Below are positions 56,967-64,000 of a stretch of 64,000 bases of DNA, piece by piece. The DNA lies in contig CAZRCT010000002.1 of the NCBI GenBank assembly GCA_964598655.1, positions 904 through 64,903 of the forward strand, written 5' to 3'. This DNA is from an uncultured Gemmatimonadaceae bacterium. Its GTDB lineage: Bacteria; Gemmatimonadota; Gemmatimonadetes; Gemmatimonadales; GWC2-71-9. The notes under the pieces are model-generated. The model saw nothing but the letters and a program-made list of their open reading frames with translations. It did no database searches and was not told the origin of the DNA. A program made the position numbers and the translations under genes. The first letter of the stretch is position 1. Each line of letters starts with the position of its first letter.

Positions 56967-57407
56967 ATGATTCCGCGCGAAGGAAGAATCGTCGCCATCG
57001 ACTGGGGCGAGGTCCGCTTGGGCCTCGCCCTTTCCGATGAGGGCCAGCGCCTCGCGAGCCCCCTCGAGACCCTGGTGCGCCGCCCCGGCAAGCGCTTCCC
57101 CATGCCGCGCTTCCTCGAGCTCGTCGCCGGGCACCAGCCCGTCGGCATCGTCGTCGGCCTGCCGCTCACCCCCGAGGGCAACGAGGGCCCGAGCGCCGCC
57201 GCCGCCCGCGAGCTCGCCGGCGCGGTGGGGACCCGCACCGGCCTCCCCGTGGCCTTCCAGGACGAGCGCATGACCACCGCGCGGGTCCATGCCCTGATCC
57301 GCGAACAGGGCGGCTCCACCCGCGGCCGGCGCGAGGACGTGGACGCGCTCGCCGCCGCCGTCGTGCTCCAGGCCTTCCTCGACATCCGCCGCGGGAGCGC
57401 CACGTGA
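56967..57407 (+). CDS. ruvX: Holliday junction resolvase-like RuvX (YqgF)
   Basis: 146 aa with IVAIDWGEVRLGLALSD, GIVVGLPL and DERMTT, typical of YqgF. Confidence 0.9.
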   Translation: MIPREGRIVAIDWGEVRLGLALSDEGQRLASPLETLVRRPGKRFPMPRFLELVAGHQPVGIVVGLPLTPEGNEGPSAAAARELAGAVGTRTGLPVAFQDERMTTARVHALIREQGGSTRGRREDVDALAAAVVLQAFLDIRRGSAT

Positions 57408-58384
57408 TGCGCCGCCTCCTGCCCGCCGCGGCGCTGGCCCTCGCGGCCTGCGGCGCCCCGGCGGCCACCGGCGAGGTGGTGCGCTTCACCGTGCCCGTCG
57501 GCGCCAGCGTCCGCCAGGTGAGCGACACCCTGGCCGCCCGCGGCCTCATCGCCTCGCCGCTCGGCTTCCGTCTGGTCAGCCGGTTCACCGGCGGCGACCG
57601 GAACATCCGCGCCGGCATCTACGACGTGGCCATGGGCACCGGCGCCAGGGACCTCCTGGCCATCCTGCGCACGGGCCGCGTGGCCGTGCAGAAGATCACG
57701 GTGCCGGAGGGGCTGACCCTCGCGGAGATGGCGACCGTGCTGGCGGCCCGCTACGGCCTCGACGCGGCCACCTTCCTCGCCGCCGCCCGCGATCCCGCGC
57801 TCCTCCGCCAGGTGGGCATCGAGCGCCCCACCCTCGAGGGCTTCCTCCTCCCCGAGACCTATACCCTCCCCCTCCCCGCCACCCCCGCAGCGCTGGTTGG
57901 CGCCATGGTGAGCGGCATGGAGCGGGCGTGGACCCCGGTCTGGCAGGCGCGGGCCGATTCGATCGGCCTGACCCGCCTCCAGGTGCTGACCCTGGCCTCG
58001 ATTGTCGAAGGGGAAGCGCGCCACGACGATGAGCGCAACGTGATCGCCGGGGTGTACACCAACCGGCTCCGGCGCAACATGGCCCTGCAGGCCGACCCGA
58101 CGGTGCAGTACGCCCTCCAGCTGGCCACCGGCACCCGGAAGGCCCGGCTCTACTTCAAGGACTACGCCTTCCAGTCGCCGTACAACACTTACCTGCGCCC
58201 CGGGCTGCCGCCGGGGCCGGTCAACAATCCGGGCTGGAAGAGCATCGCCGCCGCGCTCTACCCGGCCGAGGTGCCGTTCCTCTACTTCGTGGCGCTGCCC
58301 GACGGCCACCACCGGTTTTCGAGGACCCTCGCCGAGCACAATCGCGCGATCCGCGAGATTCGCGCGCGGCCGGTGGCGCGCTAG
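57404..58384 (+). CDS. mltG: Endolytic murein transglycosylase MltG (YceG-like)
   Basis: 326 aa with an N-terminal anchor and YceG motifs (ASIVEGEA, VYTNRL, LQADPTVQY, SPYNTY, GLPPGPVNNPG, FYFVA). Confidence 0.9.
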   Translation: MMRRLLPAAALALAACGAPAATGEVVRFTVPVGASVRQVSDTLAARGLIASPLGFRLVSRFTGGDRNIRAGIYDVAMGTGARDLLAILRTGRVAVQKITVPEGLTLAEMATVLAARYGLDAATFLAAARDPALLRQVGIERPTLEGFLLPETYTLPLPATPAALVGAMVSGMERAWTPVWQARADSIGLTRLQVLTLASIVEGEARHDDERNVIAGVYTNRLRRNMALQADPTVQYALQLATGTRKARLYFKDYAFQSPYNTYLRPGLPPGPVNNPGWKSIAAALYPAEVPFLYFVALPDGHHRFSRTLAEHNRAIREIRARPVAR

Positions 58385-58391
58385 GCGGGGC

Positions 58392-59033
58392 CTAGCGGAG
58401 GCCCGACGCCGCGAGCGCCTCCGCATAGCGCCGCGCCGCGGTCTCCACGTCCGCCTGCGCCAGGATCCCGGAGACCACCGCCACCCCGCACCCCCCGGCG
58501 CCCACCACGGCCGCCACGTCCTCCGGCCGCACCGACCCGATCGCCACGCACGGCCGGCCGCCCGCCCGCGCCACGATCCGCGCAAAGCCCTCGGCGCCGA
58601 TCGCCGCGCCGGCATCGGCCTTGGTGGCGGTGACCCGCCACGGCCCGATCCCCCAGTAATCCGCCCCCTCCTCGGCCAGCGCCCGGAGCAGTTCCGCCTC
58701 CGTGCCTACCGAGGTGCCGATGAGGGTCCCGGCGGGCAGGAGCGACCGGGCCAGCGGCACCGGCAGGTCGTCGGGCCCGAGGTGCACCCCGCAGCCGGCC
58801 GCGGCGGCCACGTCCGGCCGGTCATTCACGAGCACCGGCACCGGCAGCGCCGCCCGGAGCAGGCGCGCCAGCCGCACCAGGTCCCGTGGCGCAGCCTGCT
58901 TGAGGCGGAGCTGGACCGAGGTCACCCCGCCGGCCACCGCCCGCCGCGCCACGTCCACCACGTCCCGCCCGTCGAGCAGCACGTCGTCCGTGACGAGCAT
59001 GAGCCGCAGGTGCGATGCTAGATTGGTGCCCAT
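58392..59033 (-). CDS. thiE: Thiamine-phosphate synthase
   Basis: 213 aa from the ATG at 59033 (alternative ATG at 59000, MLVTDD). Motifs present: VQLRLK, VLVNDRPDVA, GVHLG.DD, IGTS, YWGIGP and AIGSV. Confidence 0.88.
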   Translation of the reverse strand: MGTNLASHLRLMLVTDDVLLDGRDVVDVARRAVAGGVTSVQLRLKQAAPRDLVRLARLLRAALPVPVLVNDRPDVAAAAGCGVHLGPDDLPVPLARSLLPAGTLIGTSVGTEAELLRALAEEGADYWGIGPWRVTATKADAGAAIGAEGFARIVARAGGRPCVAIGSVRPEDVAAVVGAGGCGVAVVSGILAQADVETAARRYAEALAASGLR

Positions 59034-59415
59034 GAGCCCCGAGCCCTCCCCCCGCGTGGTGGGCATCCGCGGCGCCACCACCGTGGACGCCAACGATGCC
59101 CAGCAGATCCTCGAGGCGACGGACGAACTCCTCCGGCGCCTGATCGAGGCCAACGAGCTCACCCCCGACGACGTGGTGAGCGGCCTCTTCACCATGACCG
59201 CCGACCTCGACGCCGCCTTCCCCGCGCGTGCCGCCGAGGTCTACGGGTGGAATATCGTCGCCCTGCTGCATTCCACGGAGATCCCGGTTCCCGGCTCGCT
59301 CCCCATGTGCATCCGGCTCCTGGTGCACGCCTACTCCCGCCGGGGCCGCGACGAGATCCGGCACGTCTACCTCCGCAAGGCCGTCGCCCTCCGGCCCGAT
59401 CGCGCACGGCCCTAG
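59032..59415 (+). CDS. aroH: AroH-type chorismate mutase
   Basis: 127 aa with VVGIRGATTVDANDAQQI, FTMTADL, FPA and CIRLLVH, the AroH-class (B. subtilis type) pattern. Confidence 0.85.
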   Translation: MSPEPSPRVVGIRGATTVDANDAQQILEATDELLRRLIEANELTPDDVVSGLFTMTADLDAAFPARAAEVYGWNIVALLHSTEIPVPGSLPMCIRLLVHAYSRRGRDEIRHVYLRKAVALRPDRARP

Positions 59416-59421
59416 GCCGGC

Positions 59422-60594
59422 ATGCCCCGCCCCACTGCGGCTGCCACGGCCGTCGTCTCGCCCAAGGGGGCCCACCGCTGGGAGCGGGGCCATCCCTGGA
59501 TCTTCCGGACCGACGTGCTCGAGGCCCCCGCGGCCGCCGGCGTGGTCCGCGTGACCGACCGCCGCGGCCGCTTCCTCGGCACGGCGCTCTTCTCGCCGAA
59601 GTCGGAGATCCGCCTCCGGCTGCTGGCCCGCGAGGACGTGGCGGTGGATCGTGCCTGGTGGGAGGCGCGCCTGGCCGCGGCGCTGGCCCGGCGCCAGGGG
59701 ATCGACGCCACCGCGTACCGCCTGGTCCACGCGGAAGGCGACGGGCTCCCCTCCCTCGTGGTGGACCGCTACGAGCGCTGGCTCGTGGTGCAGCTCCTCT
59801 CCGCCGGCCTCGAGACCTGCCGCCCCGACATCCTCGCCGCCCTCGAGGGGCTGGTTCACCCCGAGGGCATCCTGCTGCGCAACGATGTCGGCGTCCGCCG
59901 CCACGAGGGGCTCCCCGAGAACGTTGAGCTGGCGATGGGCGCCGTGCCGGAGGAGGTGGAGTTCCGCGAGGGGACCGTGCGCTACCTCGCCGCCCCCTGG
60001 CGCGGGCAGAAGACCGGCGCCTTCCTGGACCAGCGCCCCAACCGCCTCCTCGCCGCCGCCCTCGCGAAGCCGGGCGGCACGGCACTCGACTGCTTCACCT
60101 ACCACGGCAGCTTTGCGCTCCACCTGGCCACCCGCGCGGGCCACGTCACCGCCCTCGACGTGAGCGCCGAGGCGCTGGCCCGCGGCCGGGAGAACGCCGC
60201 GCGGAACGGGATGACCAACCTGGACTGGCTCGAGGGCGACTGCTTCGACGTGCTGCGCCAGTTCGAGCGCGAGCGGCGCCGCTTCGACACCATCGTCCTC
60301 GACCCGCCGGCGTTCGCCAAGACCAAGGCGGCGATTCCCCAGGCCCTGCGCGGCTACAAGGAAATCAACCTCCGCGCCATGCGACTCCTCGCGGATGACG
60401 GGGTCCTGCTCACCGCCTCCTGCTCCTACCACGTCCGTCGCGACGCCTTCCTCGAGCTCGTGGCCGATGCCGCCGCCGACAGCGGCCGGCGGCTGACCCT
60501 CACCCACATCCTTGGCCAGGGCACCGACCACCCCGAGGTGGTGACCATCCCCGAGACCGGCTACCTGAAGGGTGCTGTCCTTCGCGCCTCCTGA
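59422..60594 (+). CDS. Class I SAM-dependent rRNA (cytosine-C5) methyltransferase, RlmI-like (PUA + MTase)
   Basis: 390 aa with a PUA-like N-terminus (GHPWIFRTDV). Other motifs: QKTGAFLDQR, the SAM motif ALDCFTYHGSFALH, IVLDPPAFAK, and LTASCS with the catalytic Cys. Confidence 0.85.
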   Translation: MPRPTAAATAVVSPKGAHRWERGHPWIFRTDVLEAPAAAGVVRVTDRRGRFLGTALFSPKSEIRLRLLAREDVAVDRAWWEARLAAALARRQGIDATAYRLVHAEGDGLPSLVVDRYERWLVVQLLSAGLETCRPDILAALEGLVHPEGILLRNDVGVRRHEGLPENVELAMGAVPEEVEFREGTVRYLAAPWRGQKTGAFLDQRPNRLLAAALAKPGGTALDCFTYHGSFALHLATRAGHVTALDVSAEALARGRENAARNGMTNLDWLEGDCFDVLRQFERERRRFDTIVLDPPAFAKTKAAIPQALRGYKEINLRAMRLLADDGVLLTASCSYHVRRDAFLELVADAAADSGRRLTLTHILGQGTDHPEVVTIPETGYLKGAVLRAS

Positions 60595-60740
60595 GCCCGC
60601 CCCCCGGGCGCCCCGCCGGGTTCTCCACATTGTCACGGAACCGGAAGGGGCGCCAAACGTTGACCGATGAGGGCTGAGATATCACTTTAGGGGTCGCCAG
60701 ACCCCGCAGCCCCCCAAGCGCCCCGTAGCCTCCGAGTCCC

Positions 60741-61628
60741 ATGCTGACAGCCATCCAGGTTCAGCAGCAGCGGCGCCGCCCCCTCCCCAGCCTGCAGCAG
60801 CAGTACGACGAGTACATCCTCCAGCGCATCGAGAACTTCAAGAACGGCCTCACCCGCCGCGAGCTCATGGCCCTCGGCAATGAGGCCCTGGCCGAGATGA
60901 ATGCCGCCCGGGAGGCGCAGCTGACCCTCACCGAGATGCTCATGGCGGACGAGGTGGACAAGCTGATCAGCCGGCGGCTCAAGCTCGAGTCGTACAAGAA
61001 GTGGTCCCGGAAGATCAAGAACCTCCGCGCGGCCCAGCGCACGCCCATGCGCTGGGGCCTCGACCCCAACGGCCCCCTCGCCAAGATCCTCCCCCGCCTC
61101 GAGCCCGGCGACACGGCCATCGTCCTCGGCCCCGATGCGGAGCCGGTGGCGGGCCTGCTCGCCGCCCACGAGGTCCACGTCACCTTCCTCGGCGACGACA
61201 TGACGTACGTGGACCAGGTCGAGTCGCGCATCAATGACGAGACGCTGGGGCACTACTGCACCACGTACGTGGCGCCCCTGGGGCACTTTCCCTCGGGCGT
61301 CCCCGAACAGGTCCACATCGTGGTGGTGGATACCCGCACGCTCGAGGGCCAGACGGCCGCCGACCGGCGGGCGGTGCTCGAGACGCTGATGGCGCGCACC
61401 CTGCCCGGCGGGGTGCACCTCATCCTCCCGAGCAAGGACGCCCTGGCGCCCGAGGCCTACCTCACGCACTACGGAGAGTGGATCCGCGAGCCCGCGGAAG
61501 CCCGGGGCCGCCAGCCCGCCCGCTCCCTCGGCATCCTCCTGTCGCGCCCGCCGGAGGCCACCGGGACCCGCCCTGCCCCAGGGGCGGGGACGCCGGCCCT
61601 CCCCGCCTCACGGGACGTCCCGGCCTGA
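60741..61628 (+). CDS. Hypothetical protein (helical N-terminus + degenerate Rossmann/methyltransferase-like C-terminus)
   Basis: 295-aa ORF preceded by an AT-richer spacer. No catalytic motif was recognised. The central part (AIVLGPDAEPVAGLL...VVVDT...LPGGVHLIL) has a beta-alpha-beta pattern. The tail is Pro/Ala-rich. Confidence 0.5.
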   Translation: MLTAIQVQQQRRRPLPSLQQQYDEYILQRIENFKNGLTRRELMALGNEALAEMNAAREAQLTLTEMLMADEVDKLISRRLKLESYKKWSRKIKNLRAAQRTPMRWGLDPNGPLAKILPRLEPGDTAIVLGPDAEPVAGLLAAHEVHVTFLGDDMTYVDQVESRINDETLGHYCTTYVAPLGHFPSGVPEQVHIVVVDTRTLEGQTAADRRAVLETLMARTLPGGVHLILPSKDALAPEAYLTHYGEWIREPAEARGRQPARSLGILLSRPPEATGTRPAPGAGTPALPASRDVPA

Positions 61629-61792
61629 GTTGCTCCCTCCGGCCCCGCCCGCGCCGGGCCGGACCGGAGCTCCTCCCATCGGCCCGCGGGTCCCGGATCA
61701 CCACCAGCAGGCGGCAGCGGTTGCCGCAGTGTGGCTTCCTTCGCGCCCGGGACGCGTCCATCTTTCGCGCTCACGCCACCGCCGGCCCGCCC

Positions 61793-62713
61793 ATGCTGCT
61801 CCGCAACCTCCGCTATCTCGTCGCCCTGGCCCGCGAGGGGCACTTCGCCCGCGCGGCCCAGACCTGCGACGTGACCCAGCCGACGCTCTCGGCGGGGATC
61901 AAGCAGCTGGAGGAGGAGATGGGCCTGCTGCTGGTGCGGCGGGGCCAGCGCTTCGAGGGCCTCACCAGCGAGGGCGAGCGGGTGCTGGGCTGGGCCCGTC
62001 GCATCCTGGCCGACGCCGAGAGCCTCGAGCAGGAGGCGAGCGAGCTCCGCGGCGGGCTGATCGGCCGCCTGCGCATCGGCGCCATCCCGGTGACCCTCCC
62101 GATACTGGCCTACGTCACGGAGCCGTTCACCAGCCGGCATCCCGGGGTCACGCTCACCATCTTCTCGCTCAACTCGGCCGAGATCCAGCGGGGCCTCGAC
62201 GACTTCAGCCTCGACGCCGGGGTGACCTACCTCGACAACGAGCCGCTGGCGCACGTGCGGACGGTGCCGCTGTACCGGGAGCAGTTCTACCTGTTCGTGC
62301 CGGGGGGCCACCCGCTGGTGGGGCGCACGTCGGTGAGCTGGAAGGAGGCCGCGGCGGAGCGGCTCTGCCTGCTGACGCCCGACATGCAGAACCGGCGCAT
62401 CATCAACGCGCGCTTCCAGGCGGCGGGGGTCATGCCGTCGCCGGCGCTCGAGACCAACTCGGTGCTCACGCTCTGGGCCCACGTGCGGGCCGGCGAGTTC
62501 TGCAGCCTCCTGCCGCACCCGTTCGTGCACTTCTTCGGGCCGGTGGAGGAAGTGGTGGCGATCCCGCTGGAGCACCACGCGCACGAGTTCACCATCGGCC
62601 TCGTGGTCCCCGACCGCGACCCGCTCACCCCCGGCGCCCGGGAGCTCCTGCGGCTCAGCGGGTCGGTGCGCCTGCCGGCGGCCCTCGGCGGGGGACGCGC
62701 CTCGGCACGTTAG
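61793..62713 (+). CDS. LysR-family transcriptional regulator
   Basis: 306 aa from the ATG at 61793 with the HTH region LRYLVALAREGHFARAAQTCDVTQPTLSAGIKQLEEEMGLLLVRR and a LysR substrate-binding domain. Confidence 0.9.
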   Translation: MLLRNLRYLVALAREGHFARAAQTCDVTQPTLSAGIKQLEEEMGLLLVRRGQRFEGLTSEGERVLGWARRILADAESLEQEASELRGGLIGRLRIGAIPVTLPILAYVTEPFTSRHPGVTLTIFSLNSAEIQRGLDDFSLDAGVTYLDNEPLAHVRTVPLYREQFYLFVPGGHPLVGRTSVSWKEAAAERLCLLTPDMQNRRIINARFQAAGVMPSPALETNSVLTLWAHVRAGEFCSLLPHPFVHFFGPVEEVVAIPLEHHAHEFTIGLVVPDRDPLTPGARELLRLSGSVRLPAALGGGRASAR

Positions 62714-63570
62714 GCATTCGCGGCGAGCCGGGCCGGGTGGGTGTAGACGGTGTGCCGTCCGCCCCGCGCAAAGCCGACCAGCGTCACCCCGGCCTGCTCC
62801 GCCAGCCGCACCGCCAGTCCCGTGGGCCCGGAGATGGCGGCCAGGAGCGGGGCGCCCACCACGGTGGCCTTCTGCACCATTTCGAAGCTGGCCCGGCTCG
62901 TCACCATCACGAACCCGTCGCCCACCTGCGGGGTCCTGCGGCGCGCCAGCGCGCCGACCAGCTTGTCGAGCGCGTTGTGCCGCCCCACGTCCTCGCGCAC
63001 CAGGTCGAGGGTGCCGTCGGGCCGGGCGAGCCCGGCCGCGTGCACCGTCCCTGCCAGCTGGTTGAGGTCCTGCCGCGCCGCGAGCGCCGCGAACGCCCGG
63101 TGCAGCGCCTCGGGGGCAAACTGCCCGACCGATGGGACCCGGTGCAGGGTCTTGAGCGTCCCCTCGAGGGTGGACGACCCGCAGATCCCGCACCCGGTCC
63201 GCCCCGTGAGCGAGCGCTGCTTCCCGGCGATGGCCTGGGCGGCCGCCGCGCTCACCTGCACCTGCAGCTCGATCCCGAGGCTGTAGCGCTGCACCTCGAT
63301 CCCCAGCACCTCGGCCGGCGCGGCCACCAGCTCCTCCGTCAGGCTGAAGCCGACGGCAAAATCCTCGAGGTCCGCCGGCGAGGCCATCATCACGGCGTGG
63401 GGCTGGCCGTTGTAGACCAGCGCCACCGGCACTTCCTCCGCCACCGTTTCCTCGCTGGGCGTGGCGGCGCCGTCACGCCAGCGCAGCGCCGGCTGCGTCA
63501 GGGTGAGCCCCGCGTAGCCCAGCCGCTTGAGGCCGAGCGGGTGCTGCATCTGGTGGAGCTCGTCGCTCAT
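62710..63570 (-). CDS. fdhD: Formate dehydrogenase accessory sulfurtransferase FdhD
   Basis: 286 aa from the ATG at 63570 with a conserved Cys loop GRTGCGICG, then DVGRHNALDK and SRASFEMVQKA. Confidence 0.9.
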   Translation of the reverse strand: MSDELHQMQHPLGLKRLGYAGLTLTQPALRWRDGAATPSEETVAEEVPVALVYNGQPHAVMMASPADLEDFAVGFSLTEELVAAPAEVLGIEVQRYSLGIELQVQVSAAAAQAIAGKQRSLTGRTGCGICGSSTLEGTLKTLHRVPSVGQFAPEALHRAFAALAARQDLNQLAGTVHAAGLARPDGTLDLVREDVGRHNALDKLVGALARRRTPQVGDGFVMVTSRASFEMVQKATVVGAPLLAAISGPTGLAVRLAEQAGVTLVGFARGGRHTVYTHPARLAANA

Positions 63571-63611
63571 GGCATCCCCTGCGGGCCGGTGTCCGCCCTG
63601 GTTGACAGTTC

Positions 63612-63640
63612 GTTCAAGGCTTGCATTGAAGACCTTGAAC
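63612..63640. promoter_or_regulatory. Inverted repeat (operator candidate) in the fdhD-mobB divergent spacer
   Basis: GTTCAAGG (63612-63619), 13 nt, CCTTGAAC (63633-63640), directly downstream of a perfect TTGACA hexamer (63602-63607), in an AT-richer island. Confidence 0.3.
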
Positions 63641-63844
63641 AGAATGCGATTTTCCGGCCCCTTCATCGCTCCCGCCGATCACGTCATCGGAAGGGGCAAT
63701 TTGCCAGAACCCCGCGTCCCGTAAAGAATTATGGAGTACTGCCGACGCTCCCAATGATGTCCCCCGGGTGCCCGGCACCGCCCTCGCGACCGCAGCCAGC
63801 CAGCCTGCGGCCGGTGCCCTTCGCTTGACGGAGTGTCTGCCCGC

Positions 63845-64000
63845 ATGGACGCACCCCTCGTCACCCTGCCCCGCCTGCCCCTGCCGGTGATCGGCTTCGT
63901 CGGGTCGAGCGGGAGTGGCAAGACCACGATCATCACCCGGGTGCTGCCGCACCTCAAGGCCGCCGGCCTCAAGGTGGCGGTGCTGAAGCATGCGCGCCAT
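63845..64000 (+). CDS. mobB: Molybdopterin-guanine dinucleotide biosynthesis adaptor MobB (N-terminal part; runs off the window end)
   Basis: MDAPLVTLPRLPLPVIGFVGSSGSGKTTIITRVLPHLKAAGLKVAVLKHARH has the P-loop and the MobB-typical VLKHA.H pattern. Confidence 0.85.
   Translation, partial: MDAPLVTLPRLPLPVIGFVGSSGSGKTTIITRVLPHLKAAGLKVAVLKHARH

Noticed and set aside
58381-58395. Small palindrome CTAGG-CGGGG-CCTAG formed by the convergent mltG and thiE stop codons
   Set aside because: A 5-bp stem is too short to argue for a terminator. It is probably a coincidence of two TAG stops facing each other.
55949-58615. 888-aa ORF antisense to rho, ruvX and mltG
   Set aside because: It is opposite three highly conserved housekeeping genes and is a GC artefact.
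60660-60688. TTGACC hexamer upstream of the hypothetical gene at 60741 as a promoter
   Set aside because: No acceptable -10 hexamer occurs at 16-18 nt spacing (TATCAC lies at 14 nt, CACTTT at 17 nt). This is too weak to report as a feature.

Overview
Very GC-rich, densely coding bacterial chromosomal segment, about 95% coding by eye. I saw no rRNA, tRNA, CRISPR array, transposase or integrase. All calls come from reading the translated ORFs for family motifs; no homology search was run.

Layout, left to right:
- (1) The N-terminus of a red-type form I RuBisCO large subunit (cbbL, runs off the left edge), divergent from a LysR/CbbR regulator.
- (2) Two secreted enzymes: an amidohydrolase and a Vgb-like beta-propeller.
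- (3) A 10-gene membrane-bound group-1 [NiFe] uptake hydrogenase plus hyp maturation operon (4488-14332). It is followed by convergent cysE-cysK.
- (4) A 5-gene operon (16489-21992): OlsB-like N-acyltransferase, PlsC-type acyltransferase, DinB-like protein, NRDE/TANGO2-like protein, and an 876-aa alpha/beta-hydrolase + DedA/VTT + ATP-grasp fusion. I rank this the best candidate for an undescribed aminolipid-modification system.
- (5) A 227-bp MITE-like inverted-repeat element in a convergent spacer.
- (6) A 14-kb, 12-gene translationally coupled minus-strand operon (38545 down to 24443). It links a family-5 solute-binding lipoprotein, a fucokinase-like GHMP kinase, a cytoplasmic heparinase II/III-like protein, a class-III aminotransferase, a YbbAP-like ABC exporter with an HlyD adaptor, an amidohydrolase pair (one degenerate), two single-domain PilZ proteins and an FAD amine oxidase. 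It is divergent from Dpp-type permeases, an acyl-CoA ligase and a GDPD.
- (7) RidA, a GH38 mannosidase and a Rieske oxygenase.
- (8) The conserved but functionally unsolved MoxR/DUF58/DUF4350/DUF4129 cluster, with an RDD-SpoIIM fusion.
- (9) Housekeeping genes: M50 protease, rho, ruvX, mltG, thiE, aroH, rlmI-like, a LysR regulator, fdhD and mobB.

The many long ORFs antisense to these genes are GC artefacts and were rejected.
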